The notes beneath the pieces are model-generated. The model worked only from the letters and a program-made list of their open reading frames with translations, had not been told where the DNA came from and searched no databases. Below, piece by piece: positions 1 to 9,067 of a stretch of DNA of 64,000 nucleotides. The position numbers were made by a program, and so were the translations under genes. Source of the DNA: an uncultured Pelagibacteraceae bacterium (GTDB lineage Bacteria; Pseudomonadota; Alphaproteobacteria; Pelagibacterales; Pelagibacteraceae); the NCBI GenBank assembly GCA_902616205.1, contig CACMRY010000001.1:514-64513 (forward strand). The letters run 5' to 3'. How positions within the stretch are numbered: the first letter of the stretch is position 1; every line of letters starts with the position of its first letter.

Positions 1-1042
1 TCATTTCTCTTGAAAGAATTTTAGATACATCAACATCAATATGTTCGCTCATGGTTTTGGCTGTTAATGGATTAGCAGTTAGCTTAATGACTGGCTCTAT
101 TGGATTTCCTATAATATTTCCTTGCCCTGTTGGAAATAAATGAATGTTGAAACCACCTGCTGCTTGTAAAGTCACACATTCAGCGGCAGCTGATGAAGTA
201 TCCATAAAATATAATCCAGGCCCTTTAGTTGGTTCTTCAGCAGGTTCTAAGACATCTATAAATTGTCTTGACCCAATTTTTTGAAAATTACCAAATGCTT
301 TCTCCTCAATAGTTGTAAGACCACCTGCAATGTTTCCAGCAGTAGGTTGACTTTCAGATAAATCATCCGTTGCTTCTTTTAAAATAAAATCATTATAAGC
401 GTTCCAAGTTTTTTTAAACTTTTCTTGTGCTTCAGGGGTTTTTCCTCTTTTTTCACAAACAGTCTCAGCTCCAGTTAGTTCAGATGTTTCTCCAAAACAC
501 AAATGAACACCTAGAGGTTCTAATTTGTCCATTAAGTTCCCAACTGTTGGGTTTGATGCAAGTCCGGATGTTGTATCTGACTCACCACATTTTACAGAAA
601 TCCATAAATCACTTATTGGTCTTTCCTCTCTCTGTTTTTCAGAAGCCCAAATAGAAAATTCTTGTGCTTTTTTTGAAACTTTTGCAATTGTGTCAATATC
701 TCCAACACCTTCTATACTGAAACCTTCAACTGGTTTTCCAGTTACTGCAATTGCATCTACAATTCTTTTAGTCCATTTAGGTTCAATACCAATCACTATC
801 ACTGCCGCAACATTTGGGTTTCTTCCTGTCCCAATCATTGTTCTAAAATGTAATTCCAGATCAGCACCGAATTGCAATCTTCCATAAGAATGAGGTAATG
901 CTATTGTTCCTTTAATATTATTCGCAACTGCCTCTGCACAAGCGTTCGAAATATCGTCTACAGGAAGTATAATCACATGGTTTCTCGTTCCAGATCTGCC
1001 ATCTTCTCTTTTATAACCTAAAAATGTTTTTGGAATTTCCAT
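1..1042 (-). CDS. suyB: (R)-sulfolactate sulfo-lyase beta subunit (UxaA/altronate dehydratase family), runs off the left edge
   Basis: Absent from the ORF track. Manual translation from ATG at 1042: [88 protein letters not shown]...[18 protein letters not shown]. This is a UxaA-family signature. It abuts a SAF-domain gene and lies next to xsc. Confidence 0.85.
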   Translation of the reverse strand, partial: MEIPKTFLGYKREDGRSGTRNHVIILPVDDISNACAEAVANNIKGTIALPHSYGRLQFGADLELHFRTMIGTGRNPNVAAVIVIGIEPKWTKRIVDAIAVTGKPVEGFSIEGVGDIDTIAKVSKKAQEFSIWASEKQREERPISDLWISVKCGESDTTSGLASNPTVGNLMDKLEPLGVHLCFGETSELTGAETVCEKRGKTPEAQEKFKKTWNAYNDFILKEATDDLSESQPTAGNIAGGLTTIEEKAFGNFQKIGSRQFIDVLEPAEEPTKGPGLYFMDTSSAAAECVTLQAAGGFNIHLFPTGQGNIIGNPIEPVIKLTANPLTAKTMSEHIDVDVSKILSREM

Positions 1043-1330
1043 TTACCACTTCTTTGTTTTAACATTATGAACATGAACGTGTTCACCTTTTTTAATTGAC
1101 TTAACAACTTTGCCGATATCGTGTCCATATTTTAAAATCGTATCACCTTCATTTAAGTCCATCATTGCTATTTTATGACCTAAAGGAATTTCATCCTTTG
1201 ATTGAATTTGAACAGATTTATTATTTTCCATTACCCAACAATTACAATCTTGACTTGGTGTAATTTTTTCTATGACAACCACGCCCACATTATCTTTCTC
1301 GTCATGAATTATTATGTCTGTGTTTGCCAT
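1043..1330 (-). CDS. suyA: Sulfolactate sulfo-lyase alpha subunit (SAF domain)
   Basis: IHDEKDNVGVVV...IPLGHKIA...KYGHDIG...GEHVHVHNVKTKKW matches the UxaA N-terminal SAF domain. Start more likely ATG 1330 (MANTD) than TTG 1363. The stop abuts the suyB start. Confidence 0.85.
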   Translation of the reverse strand: MANTDIIIHDEKDNVGVVVIEKITPSQDCNCWVMENNKSVQIQSKDEIPLGHKIAMMDLNEGDTILKYGHDIGKVVKSIKKGEHVHVHNVKTKKW

Positions 1331-1422
1331 TGTGACGATTTCTTTGTTTGAAATTTGCAACAACTTATATATTAATCGAGCTTTTTAACAATTAAAAAAA
1401 TAGGATTTAGGACATCAGTATT

Positions 1423-3207
1423 ATGACTAAAATGACAACCGAAGAAGCTTTTGTAAAAGTTCTTCAGATGCATGGCATAGAACATGCTTTTGGAATTATT
1501 GGATCTGCGTTCATGCCAATTTCAGATATCTTTCCTTCAGCAGGAATTACTTTTTGGGATGTAGCGCATGAAACAAATGGAGGATTGATTGCAGATGGAT
1601 ACACAAGAGCGACAGGGAAGATGTCTATGGTCATTGCACAAAATGGACCAGGAATTACAGGTTTAGTTACACCAATTAAAACTGCTTATTGGAATCACAC
1701 ACCTTTACTTTTAGTAACACCACAAGCCGCGAACAAAACTATGGGGCAAGGTGGTTTTCAAGAAGTCGAACAGATGAATTTATTCAAAGACATGGTTTGT
1801 TATCAAGAAGAAGTTAGAGATCCTTCTAGAATGGCTGAGGTTTTAAACAGAGTTATTGAAAAAGCATTCAGAGGATCGGCCCCTGCACAAATAAATGTAC
1901 CAAGAGATTACTGGACACAAGTTATAGATATTGAATTACCTCCAATTGTAAGATTTGAAAGGCAAGGTGGGGGGAAAGATGCAATTGATAGAGCAGCAAA
2001 ATTATTATCAGATGCAAAATTTCCAGTTATATTATCAGGTGCAGGAGTAGTAATTGGTGGAGCCATAGAAGATTGTAAAAAATTAGCTGAGAAATTAGAC
2101 GCTCCTGTTTGTAATGGATATCAACACAATGATAGTTTCCCAGGAAGCCATCCATTAGCAGTAGGACCATTAGGATATAACGGATCTAAAGCAGCAATGG
2201 AATTGATCTCAAAAGCTGACGTAGTTTTGGCATTAGGCACAAGACTAAATCCATTTTCAACTCTTCCAGGTTATGGAATAGATTATTGGCCAAAAGATGC
2301 AAATATAATTCAAGTAGATATGAATCCAGATAGAATTGGATTAACAAAAAAAGTTACAGTTGGAATTTGTGGAGATGCAAAATTAGTTTCACAACAAATT
2401 TTACAAAAACTTTCATCTAATGCTGGAGATAACAATAGAGAAGAAAGAAAAAATTTAATACACAAAACAAAATCAGCATGGCTACAAACTCTTACTAGCC
2501 TAGATCATGAAGATGATGATCCAGGGACTGTTTGGAATAAAGAAGCAAGAGAAAGAGACTCAGATCGAATGTCTCCGAGACAAGCATGGAGAGCAATTCA
2601 AGTTGGAATGCCAGATGATGTAATTATTTCAAGTGATATAGGAAATAATTGTGCAATTGGAAACGCTTATCCAACTTTTGAAAAAGGAAGAAAATACTTA
2701 GCACCAGGCTTATTTGGTCCTTGTGGATATGGTTTCCCATCGATTTTAGGAGCAAAAATTGGATGTCCTAATACACCAGTAATTGGTTTTGCAGGTGATG
2801 GTGCATTTGGAATATCTATGAACGAGATGAGTTCGTGCGCAAGAAAAGAGTGGCCAGCAATTACAATGGTTATTTTTAGAAATTATCAGTGGGGTGCAGA
2901 AAAAAGAAATTCAATATTATGGTTCGATGATAATTTTGTTGGAACAGAACTTGATCCAGAATTAAGTTACGCAAAGGTAGCAACTGCTTGCGGTTTAAAA
3001 GGAGTTACTGTTAAAACAATGGAAGAAACTACAGCTGCAATTAAACAATCTTGTGAAGATCAAAAACAAGGAATTACAACATTTATTGAAGTTATCTTAA
3101 ATCAAGAATTAGGCGAGCCGTTTAGAAGAGATGCAATGAAAAAACCTGTTCGTGTGGCTGGGATAAAAAAAGAGGATATGAAACCTCAAAAATCACTCGC
3201 AAATTAA
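1423..3207 (+). CDS. xsc: Sulfoacetaldehyde acetyltransferase (ThDP enzyme)
   Basis: MTTEEAFVKVLQMHGIEHAFGIIGSA, ThDP motif GDGAFGISMNE...NYQWGAEKRN and C-terminal ELGEPFRRDAMKKP are characteristic of Xsc. Confidence 0.95.
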   Translation: MTKMTTEEAFVKVLQMHGIEHAFGIIGSAFMPISDIFPSAGITFWDVAHETNGGLIADGYTRATGKMSMVIAQNGPGITGLVTPIKTAYWNHTPLLLVTPQAANKTMGQGGFQEVEQMNLFKDMVCYQEEVRDPSRMAEVLNRVIEKAFRGSAPAQINVPRDYWTQVIDIELPPIVRFERQGGGKDAIDRAAKLLSDAKFPVILSGAGVVIGGAIEDCKKLAEKLDAPVCNGYQHNDSFPGSHPLAVGPLGYNGSKAAMELISKADVVLALGTRLNPFSTLPGYGIDYWPKDANIIQVDMNPDRIGLTKKVTVGICGDAKLVSQQILQKLSSNAGDNNREERKNLIHKTKSAWLQTLTSLDHEDDDPGTVWNKEARERDSDRMSPRQAWRAIQVGMPDDVIISSDIGNNCAIGNAYPTFEKGRKYLAPGLFGPCGYGFPSILGAKIGCPNTPVIGFAGDGAFGISMNEMSSCARKEWPAITMVIFRNYQWGAEKRNSILWFDDNFVGTELDPELSYAKVATACGLKGVTVKTMEETTAAIKQSCEDQKQGITTFIEVILNQELGEPFRRDAMKKPVRVAGIKKEDMKPQKSLAN

Positions 3208-3223
3208 CTAAACAAATTTAATA

Positions 3224-3248
3224 ATTATGTATATTGTATATACATAAT
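3224..3248. terminator. AT-rich perfect inverted repeat after xsc (terminator or operator)
   Basis: ATTATGTATAT-TGT-ATATACATAAT: 11-bp arms with a 3-nt loop, followed by ATATTTT. Confidence 0.4.
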
Positions 3249-3271
3249 ATATTTTCATAATCTGTAAAATT

Positions 3272-4576
3272 TTGAGACTAATTAATGACAACAGCTGTGT
3301 TTGGATAAACCAACTTCAAGCTAGGAATAACACTAAAATATTATCGGAAAATTTAATTTGTGATTATCTTATTGTTGGAGCTGGATATACTGGTTTATCT
3401 GCAGCTAGGAAACTATCTGAAATTAAAAGAACATCAAAAATTATTGTAATAGATGCGCAATTGGCAGGTGAAGGTGGTAGTGGAAGAAACTCTGGTTACT
3501 TGGTGGATACAACTTTAAATGATGGATTTACGTCAAACAAAGATATTAATAATTATAAAACTAAAACAAAAATTTATGATTTAGGTATTAAAACTGTCAA
3601 AAAATATATTAAAGAATTTCAAGTCGATTGTGATTGGAACGAATGTGGAAAATATTTTGCATCCTCAAGTCTAAAAGATGAAGATAAAGCAAGATTATTT
3701 AGCAAACTTCTAAATGAGCTGGGTTTTCAAAATGAAGTATTAGATAAATCAAAACTTAAAGATAAGTTAGGAACCTCTTTTTACAAAATTGGAGTTTATA
3801 CAAAAGGTGGAATACTTTTAAATCCTGCTAAATTAGCAAGATCAATGATTTATACTTTGCCAGACAATGTTGAATTATATGAAAATACAGAGTTATTAAA
3901 TTGGAAAAAAGTTTCAAATAATATTGAGTGTAAATTTGAAAAAAATCAAATTAAAGCAAAAAAAATAATATTTTGTACTAATGGGTTTTTAAAATCATTA
4001 AATATTGAAAAAAATTTTTGTTTTCCAATTACTCTTACAGCTAGTATGACACGCCCTCTAACAGAAAATGAATTTAAAGAAATAGGGTCTCCAAAGGAGT
4101 GGGGGGTGTTACCAATTAGACCTATGGGAGCAACTATCAGAACCACGAAAGATCGTAGAATATTAATTAGAAATACTGCTGAAGTTAAAAACCCTTATTC
4201 AATGGAGAGATCAAAATTAACTAAAATATCTAAATTTCATCTTGCTGGGATTAAAAAAAGATTTCCAAACTTGCCTGATAATATAATAGAAAATAGTTGG
4301 TCTGGTATTGTTTGCAGAAGTGGTAATAGTTCACAAATTTTTAAAAAAATCGATACTAATATTTATGCTGCAGGCTGTTACAACGGTTCAGGTATTGGAG
4401 TTGGAACTTTATTTGGTGAACAAATAGCATTAATGGCTACTGACCAACAATCTGATGAAATATCTATTATAGATGAAAGACAAAAACCCAATTGGTTACC
4501 ACCTCAACCTTTTTTAAATCTAGGAATTCATACTAGATTAGTCTACGAAAGAATTAAAGCAAGGTATGATGTTTAA
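3272..4576 (+). CDS. FAD-dependent oxidoreductase (DadA/PuuB-like, D-amino acid oxidase family)
   Basis: IVGAGYTGLSAA Rossmann motif, GGSGRNSG, C-terminal GCYNGSGIGVG. TTG start. Confidence 0.85.
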   Translation: MRLINDNSCVWINQLQARNNTKILSENLICDYLIVGAGYTGLSAARKLSEIKRTSKIIVIDAQLAGEGGSGRNSGYLVDTTLNDGFTSNKDINNYKTKTKIYDLGIKTVKKYIKEFQVDCDWNECGKYFASSSLKDEDKARLFSKLLNELGFQNEVLDKSKLKDKLGTSFYKIGVYTKGGILLNPAKLARSMIYTLPDNVELYENTELLNWKKVSNNIECKFEKNQIKAKKIIFCTNGFLKSLNIEKNFCFPITLTASMTRPLTENEFKEIGSPKEWGVLPIRPMGATIRTTKDRRILIRNTAEVKNPYSMERSKLTKISKFHLAGIKKRFPNLPDNIIENSWSGIVCRSGNSSQIFKKIDTNIYAAGCYNGSGIGVGTLFGEQIALMATDQQSDEISIIDERQKPNWLPPQPFLNLGIHTRLVYERIKARYDV

Positions 4577-4778
4577 AATTAATAATAACCTAAAAATTTT
4601 TTTACTTGTATTAATAGCTATACTTGTTCTTTTTTTTACAAAAGGAAAATATGGAGAATTTAGTAAAAGCAAATCAATAAAGGCATGTATTATTGCACAA
4701 AAAAGTAAATCCAAAAATAAACCTATCGAAGAGATTAAAATCTTTTGTGAAAAGGAAGTGACAAAAAAAATAGATTAA
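4566..4778 (+). CDS. Small membrane-anchored hypothetical protein with two Cys
   Basis: N-terminal hydrophobic helix. Overlaps both neighbours (translational coupling). Confidence 0.65.
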   Translation: MMFKINNNLKIFLLVLIAILVLFFTKGKYGEFSKSKSIKACIIAQKSKSKNKPIEEIKIFCEKEVTKKID

Positions 4779-5923
4779 TGAAAAAGTCCAATAGATCAAA
4801 TGTTGATCCATTCATTGTAATGGATGTGATGGAAGCTGCAAGAAAAGCAGAGCAGTCTGGTAAAAAAATTGTTCATATGGAAGTTGGTCAACCTGGAACA
4901 CCTGCTCCAAAAGTTGCTAATGAATATATTACAAAAGAATTAAAAAATAATAATCTTGGATATACTGTTACTTTGGGCTTACCTCAGTTACGATCTAGAA
5001 TTTCAAAATTGTATGGTGAATGGTACAACATTGATTTAAATCCAGAACGAGTAATTATCACAACTGGTTCCTCTGGTGGGTTTATATTGTCATTTGCAAC
5101 ATTATTTGATGCAGGGGATAGAGTTGGTATAGGTTCTCCAGGATATCCAAGTTATAGACAAATCCTTAAAGCTCAAAATTTAGTACCTGTTGACATTGAA
5201 ACAAAACTACAAAACAAATATCAACCAACTTCAGAAGATATAAAGAAAAATAATTTAAATGGGGTTTTAGTAGCCTCTCCAGCAAATCCAACTGGGTCAA
5301 TGTTAGATAAATCTTCTCTTACAAAATTAATTGAATGTTCTGAAGAATATAATGTAAGTTTTATTAGCGATGAAATATATCATGGTATAGAATATGACAA
5401 TAAAGCTGTCTCCGCGTTACAAATTACTAATGATTGTTATGTAATAAATTCTTTTTCAAAATATTTTTCAATGACTGGTTGGAGAGTTGGGTGGATGATT
5501 GTTCCAGAAGATCATGTAAGACAGGTTGAAAAAGTTTCACAAAATTTATTTATCTGTCCTCCACATGCTAGTCAAATTACTGCTCTTGCTGCGTTAGATG
5601 CTAAAGACGAATTAGATAAAAATGTTGATGTTTATAGGAAAAATAGAGAAATTCTTTTGAAAGAATTACCAGAAGCTGGCTTTACAACTTTTTCTCCACC
5701 AGATGGAGCTTTTTATATTTATGTTGATATTTCTGAATATTCAAATGACAGTTTGTTTTTTTGTAAAAAGGTTTTGGAAGAAGCTAATGTGGCTATAACT
5801 CCAGGAATTGATTTTGACCAAAAAAGAGGAAATTCTACAATACGTTTCTCATATGCAAGAAGTACAGAAGATATAATTGAAGGTGCTAAGAAAATTAAAG
5901 AATTTATGTTAAAAAATTATTAG
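4778..5923 (+). CDS. PLP-dependent aminotransferase class I/II (aspartate aminotransferase-like)
   Basis: HMEVGQP, SPANPTG, SDEIYHG and NSFSKYFSMTGWRVGW (PLP lysine motif). Confidence 0.92.
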   Translation: MKKSNRSNVDPFIVMDVMEAARKAEQSGKKIVHMEVGQPGTPAPKVANEYITKELKNNNLGYTVTLGLPQLRSRISKLYGEWYNIDLNPERVIITTGSSGGFILSFATLFDAGDRVGIGSPGYPSYRQILKAQNLVPVDIETKLQNKYQPTSEDIKKNNLNGVLVASPANPTGSMLDKSSLTKLIECSEEYNVSFISDEIYHGIEYDNKAVSALQITNDCYVINSFSKYFSMTGWRVGWMIVPEDHVRQVEKVSQNLFICPPHASQITALAALDAKDELDKNVDVYRKNREILLKELPEAGFTTFSPPDGAFYIYVDISEYSNDSLFFCKKVLEEANVAITPGIDFDQKRGNSTIRFSYARSTEDIIEGAKKIKEFMLKNY

Positions 5924-5969
5924 AAAGGGGGTCAGCTCTTTTAAGTAATACCAAAAGAGCTCCCCTTTT
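5924..5969. terminator. Strong hairpin, probably a bidirectional intrinsic terminator
   Basis: AAAGGGG(GTC)AGCTCTTTT-[10-nt loop]-AAAAGAGCTCCCCTTTT, immediately after the aminotransferase stop, with A/T tracts on both sides. Confidence 0.7.
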
Positions 5970-6038
5970 ATGCCTTTTTGGTTAAATCCATCAAATGAAT
6001 TTAATTTGTTATTAGTTTAATATGTAATATCTCACCAG

Positions 6039-6068
6039 CTAAGTGTCAGGTGGCGTTATTTTATACAT
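6039..6068 (-). other. Candidate micro-ORF MYKITPPDT (or MEVRMYKITPPDT from ATG 6080) within a putative small RNA
   Basis: The minus strand reads ttATGGAGGTGCGA-ATG TAT AAA ATA ACG CCA CCT GAC ACT TAG, with GGAGG 5 nt before the ATG. Flanked by hairpins. Confidence 0.4.
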
Positions 6069-6265
6069 TCGCACCTCCATAACTTAAAAAATAATTTTTT
6101 GTTAGGTTGTATGCAACAAATTTATTTATATTTTTTATAAATATATAATTTGAATACAACCTGATTGTTTTGTATTATCTCGACATTCAAATTAGCCACA
6201 TAGACTCATTTACAAATTAAATATTTTTGTTACATGATAAAAATATTTTTTAATTATTAAAATAT

Positions 6266-6457
6266 ATGAAAACAATATTTGTTGTAGGATCAAAAAAACA
6301 TACTTTAAAATACACAAGAAAAATGCCTGAAGGCGAAGTAAAGAAAATGAAATCTTTTGTAACAAATAAAGGTCAGAAATTAGAAAAAACTTCAAAATTT
6401 AAAATCTTAAATATTTCTGATGACAAAAATTCAAGAACTTTCAAAATAAATCTTTAA
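6266..6457 (+). CDS. Small basic hypothetical protein
   Basis: 63-aa ATG ORF ending 8 bp before the photolyase gene. Confidence 0.7.
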   Translation: MKTIFVVGSKKHTLKYTRKMPEGEVKKMKSFVTNKGQKLEKTSKFKILNISDDKNSRTFKINL

Positions 6458-6465
6458 TTAGACTA

Positions 6466-7923
6466 ATGAATAAAATCGTGTGGTTTAGGAATGATCTACG
6501 TGTATTTAATAACGATGCTTTTAATGAAGCTACTAAATTAGGAAATATTCTTCCAATTTTTATTTTTGACAAAGAATTTTACAAATTACCAACTTCAAGT
6601 TCATTTCATCTTGATTTTTTAAAATCATCACTACAAGATTTAACTAAAACGTTTAGTAAGAAATACAACTCCAAACTCAATATTTATTATGGAGAAACAT
6701 TAGAAATTTTAAGTCATTTAATCGATAAATTTAAAATAAATGAAGTTTATTCTAATATAATATTTAAGAATATGTACGTAACTAACTTAGACAAAGAGGT
6801 TAGTTTTTTATTTAAAGAAAAAAAAGTTAATTGGAGAATTTCCAATCAATTTGGTGTTCAATTAAATCACAGAATTAGAGATAAATGGTCATATAATTGG
6901 AACAAATTTATAAATAGTGAACATACAGGCTCCTACATTAATTGCGGATTTATTAAAGATGATCATGTTGAGGATTTAACTAAAATAGAGACAAACAATA
7001 TAGAGAATGGAGATATTCAGGTAGGAGGAAGGCAAAATGCAATAAGACTTTTAGATACTTTTCTTGATGACAGGTCTGAAAATTATCAGCGGGAAATGTC
7101 TTCTCCCATAACAGGTGAAGTTTCATGCTCAAGATTAAGCCCGCATATTGCCTATGGAAATATTTCGATCACAGAAATATTTAAAAAAACAAATGATAAA
7201 TTAAAATCTGAATTATCATATACAAAAAAGAAATCTTTAATTGCTTTTAAGAGTAGATTGGCATGGCACTGCCATTTTATTCAAAAATTATATGACGAGC
7301 CTGAAATAGAGTTTAGAAACATGAATAGTGCTTATAATGGAATTAGAGAAAATGATTTTAATGAGAAGTTTTATTTAGCATGGAAAAATGGAACTACAGG
7401 ATTTCCATTTGTAGATGCTTGTATGAGATATCTAAAAAAAAATGGTTGGATTAATTTTAGAATGAGAGCAATGTTGGTTTCATTTGCTTCATACCAATTA
7501 TGGTTAGATTGGAAAAAAACTTCTAAACATTTAGCAAGATTATTTACTGATTATGAGCCAGGAATTCATTATTCTCAATTTCAAATGCAATCTGGTACAA
7601 CAGGAATAAACTCAATAAGAATTTATAATCCTATAAAACAATCAACTGATCAGGATCCAAATGGAGATTTCATAAAAAAATGGGTTCCAGAGTTAAAAAA
7701 TGTTCCTGGAAAATTAATTCATGAACCTTGGAAGCTTACATATATTGATCAAAAAGGAATTAATTTAGAAATTGGTAAAGATTATCCATCTCCAATAGTT
7801 GATAACCAACTATCAACAAAAATTGCTAGAGATAAAATTTGGAACGTAAAAAAATCTAAAGAAGCTAAAATTGTTTCAGCAGAAGTTCTAAAAAAACATG
7901 CAAGCTTATCTCAACGAAGATAG
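6466..7923 (+). CDS. DNA photolyase/cryptochrome family protein
   Basis: VWFRNDLR N-terminus. FAD-binding domain motifs [55 protein letters not shown]. Confidence 0.93.
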   Translation: MNKIVWFRNDLRVFNNDAFNEATKLGNILPIFIFDKEFYKLPTSSSFHLDFLKSSLQDLTKTFSKKYNSKLNIYYGETLEILSHLIDKFKINEVYSNIIFKNMYVTNLDKEVSFLFKEKKVNWRISNQFGVQLNHRIRDKWSYNWNKFINSEHTGSYINCGFIKDDHVEDLTKIETNNIENGDIQVGGRQNAIRLLDTFLDDRSENYQREMSSPITGEVSCSRLSPHIAYGNISITEIFKKTNDKLKSELSYTKKKSLIAFKSRLAWHCHFIQKLYDEPEIEFRNMNSAYNGIRENDFNEKFYLAWKNGTTGFPFVDACMRYLKKNGWINFRMRAMLVSFASYQLWLDWKKTSKHLARLFTDYEPGIHYSQFQMQSGTTGINSIRIYNPIKQSTDQDPNGDFIKKWVPELKNVPGKLIHEPWKLTYIDQKGINLEIGKDYPSPIVDNQLSTKIARDKIWNVKKSKEAKIVSAEVLKKHASLSQRR

Positions 7924-7938
7924 AATTTTACAGTACGT

Positions 7939-8493
7939 TTGATGACTTTCAAAAAATATCAACGGAAATGTAGGTTACTCGTTTTAAACACACCTAATTA
8001 CAGTCATCCAGAATTTAAGAGATCAAAAGTTTTATATCAAAAAGATATAAAAGGTTTTCATAAAAGGTACATAAAATTAATCACAAAATTGAGTAAGTCA
8101 AAAAAATTTAAAGTTATTTTAATTGATTTTAGTGGTTCAAAAATTAATGAATTGGATAAAGTGTATACAAAAAAAATCTTTGAAATAGTTGATAAAATGC
8201 CATTGAATAAATTAATTAAAGGTAAAAATTTTAAACCCTTAAATCTTTCCTTATTTTCAGATTATAAACCAGAGACAACTTTAAAAGGCTTAGGCTTTAA
8301 AGATAAGGAAAAAGCATTATTTACTATTTCAGCTATAAAAAAAAGACCAATAAAGTATCAAGTAAATGTTATTGCGACTATGCTAGGTAGGGCTAAAAAT
8401 CATCCAAATAAAACAAAAGACATGAATGATGCTATAATTGCTTTTAGCAAATGGATGGAAAATTATAAAATCAATAAAAAAAAACAAAATTAA
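7939..8493 (+). CDS. Hypothetical two-domain protein: DUF4174-like N-terminus plus a basic C-terminal domain (KPETTLKGLGFKDKEKA...)
   Basis: RLLVLNTP...FKVILIDFSG...IFEIVDKMP resembles the DUF4174 pattern (from recall). Starts 15 bp after the photolyase stop. Confidence 0.65.
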   Translation: MMTFKKYQRKCRLLVLNTPNYSHPEFKRSKVLYQKDIKGFHKRYIKLITKLSKSKKFKVILIDFSGSKINELDKVYTKKIFEIVDKMPLNKLIKGKNFKPLNLSLFSDYKPETTLKGLGFKDKEKALFTISAIKKRPIKYQVNVIATMLGRAKNHPNKTKDMNDAIIAFSKWMENYKINKKKQN

Positions 8494-8671
8494 GGGATTT
8501 TCATAAATAGAATTTTTAGTCGTTTTTGAAATTATATTGGGCAATAATGCCTAAAAGAAATATCGTAAATAAAAGAATAGTAACTGTTTCCAGTATTGTT
8601 AAAGTTCAAGAAATTATTTAATTATTTACCTAGAACTAGATTACTGTAATTTTTTTTGTTAATAGTAGTTT

Positions 8672-8944
8672 ATGGCCTTATTAAATGAAAAATTAAAAAT
8701 GATAACCTGCTCAGATTTTAGGATATTCCTAAAAAAGATGATTAAAGATAAAATTGAAAAAGAATGGACAGAAAACTTTGTTGAAAACCTAAATTTAGTG
8801 ATGGTGTCAAGAAATACAATTAAAAGAAGATATGAAGATAAAGGTATTGATCTCATAAGACTTATTAATGATGTTAGTTATTATAAACATGTAAAGAAAA
8901 AAGTTAATTCTAGAGGAAATTTAGAATTTCAAGACCAGCAATAA
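8672..8944 (+). CDS. Hypothetical protein
   Basis: 90-aa ATG ORF co-oriented with its neighbours. No recognised motif. Confidence 0.6.
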   Translation: MALLNEKLKMITCSDFRIFLKKMIKDKIEKEWTENFVENLNLVMVSRNTIKRRYEDKGIDLIRLINDVSYYKHVKKKVNSRGNLEFQDQQ

Positions 8945-8947
8945 AAA

Positions 8948-9061
8948 ATGTCTAAAAGATATAGTGGTAAATCATTTAAAGACTCTAGTGTGATGAAAAA
9001 AGCAAAATTTACTCTTAAAGAAAAGAGAAAACATAAAAGAGATAAAAAAAAGTCTAATTAA
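8948..9061 (+). CDS. Small lysine-rich protein (37 aa)
   Basis: Manual translation MSKRYSGKSFKDSSVMKKAKFTLKEKRKHKRDKKKSN*. Fills the gap with 3 and 6 bp spacers. Confidence 0.6.
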   Translation: MSKRYSGKSFKDSSVMKKAKFTLKEKRKHKRDKKKSN

Positions 9062-9067
9062 TAATTA

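Noticed and set aside
427-887. Plus-strand ORFs 427-654 and 525-887
   Set aside because: Antisense shadows of suyB, which occupies 1-1042 on the minus strand.
6210-6395. 61-aa minus-strand ORF
   Set aside because: Antisense to the better-supported 6266-6457 gene, with low-complexity AT-derived composition.
8516-8620. Minus-strand hydrophobic frame TLTILETVTILLFTIFLLGIIAQYNFKND* (8605-8516) and plus-strand 24-aa MPKRNIV...
   Set aside because: The TM-like frame has no canonical start codon before an in-frame stop, and the plus ORF has no supporting signal. A remnant cannot be distinguished from chance.
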